Source: an uncultured Gemmatimonadales bacterium
GTDB taxonomy: Bacteria > Gemmatimonadota > Gemmatimonadetes > Longimicrobiales > RSA9
Direction: 5' to 3'
Assembly (NCBI GenBank): GCA_963798845.1
Contig: CAWCUS010000001.1
Location: forward strand, 352,001 to 416,000
Length of the DNA: 64,000 nucleotides
Below the pieces are notes generated by a model. That model was not told the DNA's origin. It was given only the letters and a program-made list of their open reading frames with translations, and searched no databases. Within the stretch, counting starts at the first letter, position 1. Each line of letters begins with the position of its first letter. Made by a program: the position numbers and the translations under genes. This document shows, piece by piece, positions 55,053 through 64,000 of this stretch.

Positions 55053-56723
55053 ATGGGACTGTCGATGAATCCGAAGCACATGACGCGCTACGCGCGGCTG
55101 GCGGGGCTGCTGGCGCGTCATGGCGGGTCGGACCTGGTGCGGCGGGCGGGCCTGGAATCGGCGTTGGAGGGTGACGCGGCGTCCCCGGAGGTGTCGGACG
55201 CGCACGCGCGGGATGGGAAGGCGGAGTCGCTGGCGGCAGACCTGGAGTCCATGGGCCCGGCGTACGTGAAGCTGGGGCAGCTGCTGTCCACGCGCGCCGA
55301 CCTCCTCCCGCCGCCGTACCTGCACGCGCTTTCCCGGCTCCAGGACCGGGTGGAACCCTTCCCGTACGAGGACGTGGAGCGGATCGTCGGGGAAGAGCTG
55401 GGGGTGCGGCTGTCGAAGGCGTTCGCGTCGTTCGAGCGGGCCCCGATGGCGGCGGCGTCGCTGGCGCAGGTGCACCGGGCGGAGCTGCGCGGCGGCGAAG
55501 CTGTGGCGGTGAAGGTGCAGCGGCCGGGGATCCGTGAGAACGTGCGCGAGGAGCTGGCGGTGCTGGAGGAGGTGGCCGGGTTCATGGACGATCACTCGGA
55601 CCGGGCGCACCGCTACCGCGTGGCCGCGGTCCTGGACCAGTTCCGCCGCTCGCTGCTCCTGGAGCTGGACTTCCGCAACGAGGCCCTGAACCTGGCGACG
55701 CTGGGCGAGAATCTCAGGGGCTTCGACCGGCTCGTCGTCCCCCGCCCCATTCCGGACTACACCACGCGCCGCGTGCTGACGATGGAGCTGGTGCGCGGGC
55801 ACAACGTAACGGCGCTGAGTCCGGTGGCGCTGCTGGAAGTGGACCGGCGCGCGCTGGCCGACGAGCTCTTCCGCGCCTACCTGAAGCAGATCCTGGTGGA
55901 CGGGTTCTTCCACGCCGACCCGCACCCCGGCAACGTCCTGCTCACCGACGACCACCGTCTCGCGCTCCTGGATCTGGGGCAGACGGCCACGCTCTCGCCC
56001 GGGTCGCGGGAAGCGCTGCTGAAGCTGCTGCTGTCGGTGGCCGATGGTGATGCCGACCAGGCATCGGACGTGCTGCTGGACCTGAGCGAGCCCGAGAAGG
56101 ACGCGGACCGCAGGGGCTTCCGCGCGGCCGTGGCCGAGCTGGTGGCGAGGGCGGAGGGGCGGAAGGCGGGCGACATCGCGCTGGGCGTGGTCGTGCTCCA
56201 ACTGGTCAGGATCGCGGGGACCCACCACGTCAGCCCGCCGCCCGAGCTGAGCATGCTGGGCAAGACGCTCTTCGACCTGGACCAGGTCGCCAAGACGCTG
56301 GACCCGGACCTGGAGCCGAACGCGGCCATCCGGCGCCACGCGGCCGAGATCATGGAGCGGCGGATGCTGTCGTCGCTGAGCCCGTCGTCGCTCTTCAAGC
56401 GGGCGCTGGAAGCGAACGAGCTGGTGCAGCACCTGCCCCGGCGCCTGAACCGGATCATGGAGCTGATGGCGGAGAACCGGCTGAGCGTGGGCGTGGACGC
56501 CATCGACGAGGTCCGCTTCATCGCGGGGCTCGAGAAGATCGCCAACCGCATCACGCTGGGCGTCATCATCGCCGCGCTCATCCTGGGCGCCGCCATGCTC
56601 GTGCGCGTGGACGCCGGGCCCCGGGTGCTGGGCTACCCGGCGCCCGCGTTCATTCTGTTCCTCGCCGCCGCCGTCGCGGGGGCCGCGCTGGCCATCAAGA
56701 TCGTGCTGACGGACCGGGGGTAG
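55053..56723 (+). CDS. AarF/UbiB/ABC1-family atypical kinase
   Basis: GPAYVKLGQLLSTR, AAASLAQVH, VAVKVQRP, ELDF, FFHADPHPGN. Confidence 0.93.
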   Translation: MGLSMNPKHMTRYARLAGLLARHGGSDLVRRAGLESALEGDAASPEVSDAHARDGKAESLAADLESMGPAYVKLGQLLSTRADLLPPPYLHALSRLQDRVEPFPYEDVERIVGEELGVRLSKAFASFERAPMAAASLAQVHRAELRGGEAVAVKVQRPGIRENVREELAVLEEVAGFMDDHSDRAHRYRVAAVLDQFRRSLLLELDFRNEALNLATLGENLRGFDRLVVPRPIPDYTTRRVLTMELVRGHNVTALSPVALLEVDRRALADELFRAYLKQILVDGFFHADPHPGNVLLTDDHRLALLDLGQTATLSPGSREALLKLLLSVADGDADQASDVLLDLSEPEKDADRRGFRAAVAELVARAEGRKAGDIALGVVVLQLVRIAGTHHVSPPPELSMLGKTLFDLDQVAKTLDPDLEPNAAIRRHAAEIMERRMLSSLSPSSLFKRALEANELVQHLPRRLNRIMELMAENRLSVGVDAIDEVRFIAGLEKIANRITLGVIIAALILGAAMLVRVDAGPRVLGYPAPAFILFLAAAVAGAALAIKIVLTDRG

Positions 56724-56877
56724 GCGACGCCGGCGGATCCTCCCGAACGCGTCAGGTCTACCTCGACCCGACCGACAGCGCGCTTCCTGGAGGCAGTGGC
56801 CGAGCGGATCGGGGCGGTCCGGCCCAGCGAGTATGGCCGCCGCCCCGGCGGGCGGCGACAATGTCGTCCTGCCGCAC

Positions 56878-58341
56878 TCAGGCCGCTCTGGCCCCGCTCC
56901 CCCGCACTACCGCGCTTCCCCACCCCACGGCCACGGTGAGCGCGGAGCCGATGAGCGCGAACCAGAGCGTGTTCACCACGGTAGGGATGGCGCCAAACGT
57001 CTGGGCCGCCCAGAGCGCGCTCATGGCGGCCACGGCCACGGCGATGCCGGTGACGGCGTCTTGCTGGTCGGGGCGTCGGAAGAGGGTGCCGAGGAGGAAG
57101 CCGCCCAGGAGCGGGCCGAAGGTGAAGGACGCGATCTGGAGCGCCACGACCACGACCGGGGTACCCTGCTGCGCGAAGTGGAAGAGCGTGGCGCCGCCCA
57201 CCAGGATTGCGGCCCAGAACAGCGTGAAGGCGCGGCCCACGCGGAGCAGGTGGTCCTCGTCGCCTTCCCGGCGGGCGAGCGGGGCGTACAGGTCGTGGGT
57301 GGCGGAAGAGGCGAGGGAGTTGAGCGATGAGGACACCGTGGACATGGCCGCGGCGAGCACGCCGGCGACGATGAGTCCGCTCAGCCCGCTGGGCAGCCCC
57401 TCGATGATGAACGCGGGGAACACCTCGTCGGGGGTGGCGAACGTGCGCCCGGCGTAGAACGTCCGCAGACCGGCGCCCACGAGGAGGAAGAGCGCGAACT
57501 GCCCCAGGACGACGATCCCGCTGCCGATCACCGCCTTCCTCGCCCCGCGCAGGTCGGGGGCGGCCAGGAGGCGCTGGACGACGAGGTGGTCGACGCCGTG
57601 CGTCGCCATGGACAGGAACGCGCCGCCGAGCAGCCCGGTGACCAGCCACGTGCCATCCGCGGGACCGCCGTCGAGATGTACCACGCGGAAGGTCCCGGCC
57701 GCGCGGCCGGCGTCCATGATGGCGCGCCAGCCGCCGGGCACCGCCCCCGCCAGGACCCAGAGCGCGGCGGCGCCGCCGACGATGTAGAGCCCCATCTGGA
57801 ACACGTCCATCCACACCACGGAGCGGAGTCCGCCGTACCAGGTGTAGAGGAGCGTGGCGGCGCCCACGAGCAGGATCACCTGCCAGTACGGCCAGCCGGT
57901 GATGAGGGCGATGGGAATGGCCGCAGCGAAGATGCGTACGGAGTCGGCGAACGCGCGGGTGACCATGAAGATGACCGAGGAGAACCGCCGCGCGCCGAGG
58001 CCGAAGCGCTCCTCCATGAGGGCGTAGGCGGTGGTCAGCTCGCCGCGGAAGTAGCCGGGGAGGAGGACGTACGCCACGCCGACGCGGCCGATCAGGTAGC
58101 CGGCGGCCAGCTGGAGGATCCAGAAGTCGGACGTATACGCGGTGGCCGGGATGCTGATGAACGTGAGGGCGCTGGTCTCGGTGGCGACCACGGACATCAT
58201 GATGGCCCACCACGGCATGGCGTGGCCGGCGAGGAAGTAGTCGCGGGCGCCGTGCTGGGACCGGCCGAGGTACGTGCCCACGCCCACCACGCCCACCAGG
58301 TAGGCGACGAGGACGACGATGTCGAGCGTGGTGAATGCCAT
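56878..58341 (-). CDS. Sodium:solute symporter (probably amino-sugar/muropeptide related)
   Basis: DYFLAG..PWWA..SVVATETSALTFISIP, YTWYGGLRSVVWMD, DHLVVQRLL, AAAMSTVSSSLNS. Confidence 0.92.
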   Translation of the reverse strand: MAFTTLDIVVLVAYLVGVVGVGTYLGRSQHGARDYFLAGHAMPWWAIMMSVVATETSALTFISIPATAYTSDFWILQLAAGYLIGRVGVAYVLLPGYFRGELTTAYALMEERFGLGARRFSSVIFMVTRAFADSVRIFAAAIPIALITGWPYWQVILLVGAATLLYTWYGGLRSVVWMDVFQMGLYIVGGAAALWVLAGAVPGGWRAIMDAGRAAGTFRVVHLDGGPADGTWLVTGLLGGAFLSMATHGVDHLVVQRLLAAPDLRGARKAVIGSGIVVLGQFALFLLVGAGLRTFYAGRTFATPDEVFPAFIIEGLPSGLSGLIVAGVLAAAMSTVSSSLNSLASSATHDLYAPLARREGDEDHLLRVGRAFTLFWAAILVGGATLFHFAQQGTPVVVVALQIASFTFGPLLGGFLLGTLFRRPDQQDAVTGIAVAVAAMSALWAAQTFGAIPTVVNTLWFALIGSALTVAVGWGSAVVRGSGARAA

Positions 58342-58446
58342 TCCGGGGTCCCGGGTGCGCGCCGGCGGGTATTATCGGGGACGCGCCGCTGCCGGGCCAG
58401 CGGGGGTCGCGCCGCCGCCTGGCCAGCGCCGTTGGTCCCGGGCGAA

Positions 58447-60333
58447 TCAGCGGACCACGAACGCCTCGACGGCGTGGAACTCCGGCAGCCCCAGTCGGTC
58501 CAGCTCTTCGGCCGTACCCCGATTGCGCGCGTCCACGCGCTGCCAGAACTCCCGATTGTCGTAGCCGCCCGGGAACGGCGCGGTGTCCTTCTGCGACTGG
58601 TGCTTGAAGATGGCGAAGATCTTACGACGCAGCTCTTCGCGCGAGAGCGGGACGAAGACGTCGGCCTCGTGGACCGCCCACTCCTGCCACGCCCCGCGGT
58701 ACAGCCACACCTCCGGGTCGGGCCCGGGGTAGTCCTCGAGGGCCAGGTCGATGGCCTCCTTGCACTGCCGGTGCGTGCCGTGAGGGTCCGACAGGTCCCC
58801 GGCGACGAAGATGACGTCCGGCTTCCGCTCCTCCAGCAGCGTCCGGACGATCTCCACGTCCGCGGGCCCGACAGCGTTCTTCTTGACGGTCCCGGTCTGG
58901 TAGAACGGCAGGTCGAGGAAGCGGCAGACCTCGCGGGAATACCCGAGCGACTCCACCGCGCTCACCGCCTCCGTCTCACGGATGTGGCGCTTGATGTCCT
59001 GCACCTCGCCGATGTCCACCTGGCCCGGCTGCTTGCGGGCGAGGAAGCCCTCCACCCTTTCGATGAGCCGGCCCAGCGCGGTGCTGGAATCCGGAGCCGG
59101 ATCCGGGCTGGACTCGCTCCGGACGACGCCCGCGCCGTTCGCCAGCACGTCCCTGTGGAAGCGGCGCACGAAGTCCAGGTAACGCCGAACCTCGTGGTCG
59201 AACACGGCGATGTTGCCGGAAGTCATGTACGCCACCACCACGTCGTTCCGGTTCTCGTGGAGCTTGCGAAGCATCCCGCCCATGCTGATGACGTCGTCGT
59301 CGGGGTGTGGGCTGAAGACGATCACGGAGGCGTCGCGGGGGAGCCGGGGGTTGTCCCGGATCTTGGCTGCCACGCGGTCGAAGGCGGTCGTGTTCAGGTC
59401 ATCGGCGGAGGGGTAGAGGGCGAGGAGCGAGGCCAGGTGGTGGTCCTGGTAGTCGGCCGCGGAGAGCTGCAGGATGGCGCGCTCGGATGCGCGGGCCAGC
59501 CAGACCACGGCGCGCAGGGCGAGGTCGTCATCCCACTCGACGGCGCGCACCAGCCATGGCGTCTTGATGCGCGTCAGCTCGCCCGCCGCGGCGGCGTCCA
59601 GGAAGAAGGTGGCGTCGGGGTGATCCTGGAGGTAGGTGGCCGCCACATCGGGCGAGATCTCGCCTTCCACTGCCCGCTTGACGATGGCCGCCTTGTGCTC
59701 CCCGGTGGCCATGAGAACGATCTCCCGCGCGTCGAGGATCGTGGCCACACCCATGGTGATGGCCTCGCGTGGCACGTTCTCCTCTCCGAAGAAGTCGGCG
59801 GCCGCGTCCTTCCGTGTGACCGCGTCCAGGTGGATCAGCCGGGTGCGGGAGTCGCGTCCCGAGCCCGGCTCGTTGAAGCCGACATGGCCCGTCTTGCCGA
59901 TCCCGAGCAGCTGGATGTCGATGCCGCCCTCGGCGCGGATGGCGGCCTCGTAGTCGCGGGCGTGGCGATCCACCTGGTCGCGCGGGACGTTGCCGCGCGG
60001 GATATGGACCTTCTCCTCCGGGATGTCGATGTGGTCGAACAGGTTTTCCCACATGAACCGGTGATAGCTGTGGATGCTCCCCGGGTCCATCGGGTAGTAC
60101 TCGTCCAGGTTGAACGTGACGACGTTGCGGAAGCTGAGCCCCTCCTCCCGGTGCATCCGGATCAGCTCCCGGTACACGCCGATGGGCGTGGATCCCGTGG
60201 CCAGCCCCAGCACCGCGGTCTCCGCCGACGCCTGACGCTCCCGCACCAGGTTGGCGATCCGCCCCGCCACGCGGCGGGCAATCTCGTCGTGCTCCTCGAC
60301 GATGACGACGTCTACGCGTTCCGTGATCGGCAT
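58447..60333 (-). CDS. nagB: Glucosamine-6-phosphate deaminase fused to a PIG-L-like domain
   Basis: LGLATGSTP, FNLDEY, LLGIG..GHVGFNEPGS; C-terminal PHPDDDVISMGG, DPHGTH, HQSQ. Confidence 0.93.
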   Translation of the reverse strand: MPITERVDVVIVEEHDEIARRVAGRIANLVRERQASAETAVLGLATGSTPIGVYRELIRMHREEGLSFRNVVTFNLDEYYPMDPGSIHSYHRFMWENLFDHIDIPEEKVHIPRGNVPRDQVDRHARDYEAAIRAEGGIDIQLLGIGKTGHVGFNEPGSGRDSRTRLIHLDAVTRKDAAADFFGEENVPREAITMGVATILDAREIVLMATGEHKAAIVKRAVEGEISPDVAATYLQDHPDATFFLDAAAAGELTRIKTPWLVRAVEWDDDLALRAVVWLARASERAILQLSAADYQDHHLASLLALYPSADDLNTTAFDRVAAKIRDNPRLPRDASVIVFSPHPDDDVISMGGMLRKLHENRNDVVVAYMTSGNIAVFDHEVRRYLDFVRRFHRDVLANGAGVVRSESSPDPAPDSSTALGRLIERVEGFLARKQPGQVDIGEVQDIKRHIRETEAVSAVESLGYSREVCRFLDLPFYQTGTVKKNAVGPADVEIVRTLLEERKPDVIFVAGDLSDPHGTHRQCKEAIDLALEDYPGPDPEVWLYRGAWQEWAVHEADVFVPLSREELRRKIFAIFKHQSQKDTAPFPGGYDNREFWQRVDARNRGTAEELDRLGLPEFHAVEAFVVR

Positions 60334-60428
60334 CCGTTTCCCGTCTCCGTTGCGCCAGCCGGGGCAGGTGCCCCGCGTCGGCGCTCGTGCGATGCACGTT
60401 CGATTCCCCGGGCGCGGGGGGGCGCCCG

Positions 60429-63400
60429 CTACGGGTCGGCGGAGATTCCGTCGGCGGCGCGGGCGGCCCAGGTCAGGACGGCCCTGCGGAGCGCGCCGAT
60501 GCCGGTGCCGTCGCGGCTGGGGTCGACGCGGTTGCTGAGCAGGACCACGTAGAGATCGCGGGTCGGGTCGAGCCAGAGAGTCGTGCCGGTGAAGCCGGTG
60601 TGGCCGAACGCGGCCGGGGAGAGGGCGGCTGCGATGTCGCCGGAGCCGGGGGCGAGATCCCAGCCCAGGGCGCGGCTGCCCGGGTTGCCCGGCCCCCCCC
60701 GGTCGCCCGCGCGCGACGTGAAGCGCAGCACCGTCTCCGGGTGGATCAGACGGACGCCGTCGGCGCGGCCGGCGCGGAGCAGGAAGCGAGCGAAGCGCGC
60801 CAGGTCGCCGGCGGTGGAGAAGAGGCCGGCGTGGCCGGACACGCCGCCCATGGTGAAGGCGTTCTCGTCGTGGACGACGCCGTGCACGTGCGTGTGGCGG
60901 AAGACGGTGTCCATCTCGGTCGGTGCGATGCGCTCGATCGGGATGCTCCAGGCGCTGTCGGATAGCGCTGGCAGCCCGCCCTCCGCCCGGACTGCCGCCA
61001 TGGCGGCGGGCCGGGGCAGGAAACCGGTGTCGCCCATCCCCAGCGGCGTCCAGATCTCGCGGTCGAGGAACGCGCTCAGCGGCTCCCCGGCCACGTGCGC
61101 CACCGCGGCGCCGAGAAGGATGAAGCCGAGGTCGCTGTAGACCGTCCGCGTGCCCGGCTCGTAGGACGCCGGCAGCCGGGCGATGGCGGCCACGACGGCG
61201 CTGTCGCCGCGCAGCCCGCCGGCGGACGGGTGCCAGAAGCGCTCGAACGGCGGGAGCCCGGCGGTGTGCGTGAGGAGGCGGCGGACGGTCACGGCATCGC
61301 GCCAGCCGCCCCGAGGCCACGCGGGGAGGTACGCCGAGAGGGGCCGGTCCAGGGACATCATCCCGCGATCCACGAGCAGCATCACGGCGGTGGTGGTCCC
61401 GACCACCTTCGTCAGCGAGGCCAGGTCGTAGACCGTCGAGTCGCTGGCGGGTGGCGAGCCCGCGGCGTAGTCGAGCCGACCGTACCCACGCAGGCGCAAC
61501 AGCCGTCCTCCCCTCCCCACGGCCACGGCCGCGCCGGGCGTCACGCGGGCGGCGATGGCGGCTTCCACGGCTGCGTCGAGGGAGTCCAGCGCGTTCCGGG
61601 CGACCGGGGACAGCGCGACATCACCTGGTCCCTCGACCTCGCCGGCGCCCCATCTCCCCGGCCCCGCCCGGTCGAGCCCGGCGCCGAGCGGCGCGAGCGG
61701 CGGGATGGAGGTCGGGAGCCGGCCGCCGATGGGCGCGTCGCCGAGGAGCGCGCGGGCGGTGGCCACCTGGCTCACCGGGGCGCCGCCCCATCCGAGCACG
61801 TACGTGCCGGCGTCCGGCAGCTGCTGGAGGATGTAGGGGCTGCCCAGCGACACGACGACGGTCGGCCGGGCAGCGATCAGCGCCCGGACCCGCTCCGCGA
61901 CCGGCTCCTCGATGGCGATGCTGCCTTTGGACGACCGGGCGCGGACATTGGAGACGAACACGGTCAGGTCCGCGCTTTCTGCCATGGCGAACACGGAGTC
62001 GAGCACGGCCACGGGCTCGCCGGGGCCGAGCCTCGCCGCGCGGAACGCGGGCAGGGCGGGGGCGAGGGTGGCGGCGAGATGGCGGGCGGCGAAGGGGTCC
62101 ACGTCGTCACTGTACGAGATCGCGAGCACGCGCGGGAAGCGGAGCGGCTGGAGGGGGACCAGACCGTCGCGATCCCGGACCAGGGTGATGCCGCGGGCGG
62201 CGACCTCCGCGGCGACGGCGCGGTGGGACGCGGCGCCCACCTGCCCAGCCACTTCTTCGAGCGGGACGGTCCCGCGGCCGCCGAGCCCGACGCGCGCCTT
62301 CGCTTCCAGGATCCTGCGCACCGAGCGGTCGATGCGCGCGGCCGTGACCCGACCCCCCTCCACCGCCTCCACCACCGCGTCCACCACGGCGCCGGGGTCG
62401 ACGGGCTGGAGCAGGATGTCGGCGCCCGCCTCGACGGCGCGGACGGCGGCATCCCGCGGCCCGAAGACCTCCACGAGCGCGCCCATGTCGAGGGCATCGG
62501 TGATGACCAGTCCCTGAAACCCCATCTCCCCGACGAGCAGGCTGTCGAGCATCCGGCGCGAGAGCGTGGCCGGGACGGTGGAATCGCCCGTGAGCGCGGG
62601 CACCGCGATGTGCGCGCTCATGACCGCGGCCACGCCCGCCTGGATGGCGGCGCGGAACGGGACCAGCTCGACGCTGTCCAGCCGCGCGGTGTCGAGGCGG
62701 AGGATGTAGGGAGCCAGGTGGGTGTCGCTGGAGACGTCGCCATGGCCGGGGAAGTGCTTGGCCGTGGCGAGCATCCCGTGCTCCTGCAGCCCGCGCAGCT
62801 GCGCCACCGCGAAGCGCGCCACCGCGGCCGGGTCCTCTCCGTAGCTGCGGGTGTTGATGACCGGATTGTCCGGGTTATTGTTCACGTCCGCCACGGGGGC
62901 GAGCGCCACGCGTATGCCGGCGGCCCGCCCCTCCTGGGCAGTGATCCGGCCCATCGAGTAGGCCAGCGACGGGTCGCCCGTGGCGGCGATGGCCATGGCG
63001 GGGGGGAAGTCGGTGCCGCCGCCCAGCTCCGAGCCCCACGGCAGCAGGACGCCCGCGTCCAGGCGCTGCCCGGGGCCGTGCTCGAGGTCGGTCATCACCA
63101 GCAGCGGCACGGACGCGGCGCGCTGGAGGCGGTTCAGCAGGTCCGCCAGCTCGAGGGGCGGGCCGATGGACGGGAGGATCCCGCCCACGCCCAGGTCCCG
63201 GACCCAGCTCCGCAGCCGGTCGAAGTGCGCGCTTTCCGTCGGCACGTACGCCCCGGCCGTCCAGGGCACGACCATCTGCGCGACGCGGTGGCGGAGATCG
63301 AGCGTCGCCAGGGTCGAGTCGACCCAGCGCCGGGCGTCGGTGTCCAGCGGGCGGAGCCGGAAGGTGTCGCCGACGAGCGGTGAGGAGGCAGCCGCCCCGG

Positions 63401-63521
63401 CGGCCGGCCGCGAGACCGGCGCGGACCCGGCAGCCGCCGGCCTGCCGCCGGTCGACGGCGGCGCGCACGACATCACGGTGGCGGCCGCGAGCAGAGCGGC
63501 CGGGAGGAATCGCAAGCGCAT
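60429..63521 (-). CDS. GH3 beta-N-acetylglucosaminidase fused to a beta-lactamase-like serine hydrolase (NagZ-AmiE-like lipoprotein)
   Basis: Lipobox VMSC; KHFPGHG..DTH, VITDALDM; C-terminal ASLTK, YSD, GHTGFTG. Confidence 0.92.
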   Translation of the reverse strand: MRLRFLPAALLAAATVMSCAPPSTGGRPAAAGSAPVSRPAAGAAASSPLVGDTFRLRPLDTDARRWVDSTLATLDLRHRVAQMVVPWTAGAYVPTESAHFDRLRSWVRDLGVGGILPSIGPPLELADLLNRLQRAASVPLLVMTDLEHGPGQRLDAGVLLPWGSELGGGTDFPPAMAIAATGDPSLAYSMGRITAQEGRAAGIRVALAPVADVNNNPDNPVINTRSYGEDPAAVARFAVAQLRGLQEHGMLATAKHFPGHGDVSSDTHLAPYILRLDTARLDSVELVPFRAAIQAGVAAVMSAHIAVPALTGDSTVPATLSRRMLDSLLVGEMGFQGLVITDALDMGALVEVFGPRDAAVRAVEAGADILLQPVDPGAVVDAVVEAVEGGRVTAARIDRSVRRILEAKARVGLGGRGTVPLEEVAGQVGAASHRAVAAEVAARGITLVRDRDGLVPLQPLRFPRVLAISYSDDVDPFAARHLAATLAPALPAFRAARLGPGEPVAVLDSVFAMAESADLTVFVSNVRARSSKGSIAIEEPVAERVRALIAARPTVVVSLGSPYILQQLPDAGTYVLGWGGAPVSQVATARALLGDAPIGGRLPTSIPPLAPLGAGLDRAGPGRWGAGEVEGPGDVALSPVARNALDSLDAAVEAAIAARVTPGAAVAVGRGGRLLRLRGYGRLDYAAGSPPASDSTVYDLASLTKVVGTTTAVMLLVDRGMMSLDRPLSAYLPAWPRGGWRDAVTVRRLLTHTAGLPPFERFWHPSAGGLRGDSAVVAAIARLPASYEPGTRTVYSDLGFILLGAAVAHVAGEPLSAFLDREIWTPLGMGDTGFLPRPAAMAAVRAEGGLPALSDSAWSIPIERIAPTEMDTVFRHTHVHGVVHDENAFTMGGVSGHAGLFSTAGDLARFARFLLRAGRADGVRLIHPETVLRFTSRAGDRGGPGNPGSRALGWDLAPGSGDIAAALSPAAFGHTGFTGTTLWLDPTRDLYVVLLSNRVDPSRDGTGIGALRRAVLTWAARAADGISADP

Positions 63522-64000
63522 GGTGCAGCGGAAGGTAGCCGCGATCGTTCGGCGCCGGCAATTCTCAGCGTCGGCCGTGCTGGTGCTGGCGCTCCTGTCG
63601 GCGTGCGGCACGGCCCCCCCGTCTCGGCCGGCGGCGGCGGATTCGGCCGGGGCGGACTCATCGGTGGTCGCGAAAGCGCCGCCGTCGCCGAGCTCGGCAT
63701 CGGCGGTCTTGCAGGCCGCGCAGCCGCCGTACCCCTCGTCGCCCGGAAGGGCCGGGTCCCCATCGGTGGTGCTGGGTGTGGACGTGCTGCTCCGGGACAG
63801 CCTGTCGCTCGTGCGCGGGCTGCGCGTCGGCCTGATCACCAACCACACCGGCCGCTCCTACGCCTCGCCCGCGGCTGGCGACACCGGGGTCAGCACCATC
63901 GACCTCCTGTCCGCCGCCCCGGGCGTTCGCCTGGTCGCGCTGTTCAGCCCGGAGCACGGGATCCGCGGCGAGGTGGACCGGAAGGTGGCGAGCGGCCAGG
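63520..64000 (+). CDS. namZ: DUF1343 exo-beta-N-acetylmuramidase (3' truncated; not in the ORF track)
   Basis: Frame from 63520: lipobox LLSAC; LGVDVLL..GLRVGLITNHTG..STIDLL..LVALFSPEHGIRG. Confidence 0.88.
   Translation, partial: MVQRKVAAIVRRRQFSASAVLVLALLSACGTAPPSRPAAADSAGADSSVVAKAPPSPSSASAVLQAAQPPYPSSPGRAGSPSVVLGVDVLLRDSLSLVRGLRVGLITNHTGRSYASPAAGDTGVSTIDLLSAAPGVRLVALFSPEHGIRGEVDRKVASGQ

Overview
High-GC bacterial chromosomal window. Gene content and style (standalone Plug-domain lipoproteins, BTAD/TolB-TPR proteins, tricorn-like S41 protease) suggest Gemmatimonadota/Longimicrobiales, which is an inference. About 50 CDS; no tRNA, rRNA, CRISPR or transposase seen. Main blocks: glnA 3' end plus an ANTAR/HisKA_2 two-component pair; cell-wall hydrolases; fabI; tungstate ABC/fdhD/mobA/moeA; ETF-QO and etfAB; S41 protease; a NYN-LOTUS-HhH protein; aroB/ybdK; an operon of two Ddl-like ATP-grasp ligases, a GNAT and a KamA-type aminomutase; tyrS/cupin/folK; a decaying accessory region (44-54.5 kb); and a peptidoglycan-recycling cluster (namZ, nagZ-amiE-like fusion, nagB, SSS transporter). 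Top finding: a compact riboswitch-like leader (pseudoknotted core with a mutually exclusive antiterminator/terminator, 34930-35010) directly upstream of the uncharacterised ATP-grasp x2/GNAT/KamA operon, which suggests a ligand-controlled beta-amino-acid (beta-lysine-type) peptide or polyamine-amide pathway. Also notable: an attenuator-like leader on the ANTAR gene and GTAG-anchored modular GNA-triloop repeat arrays.
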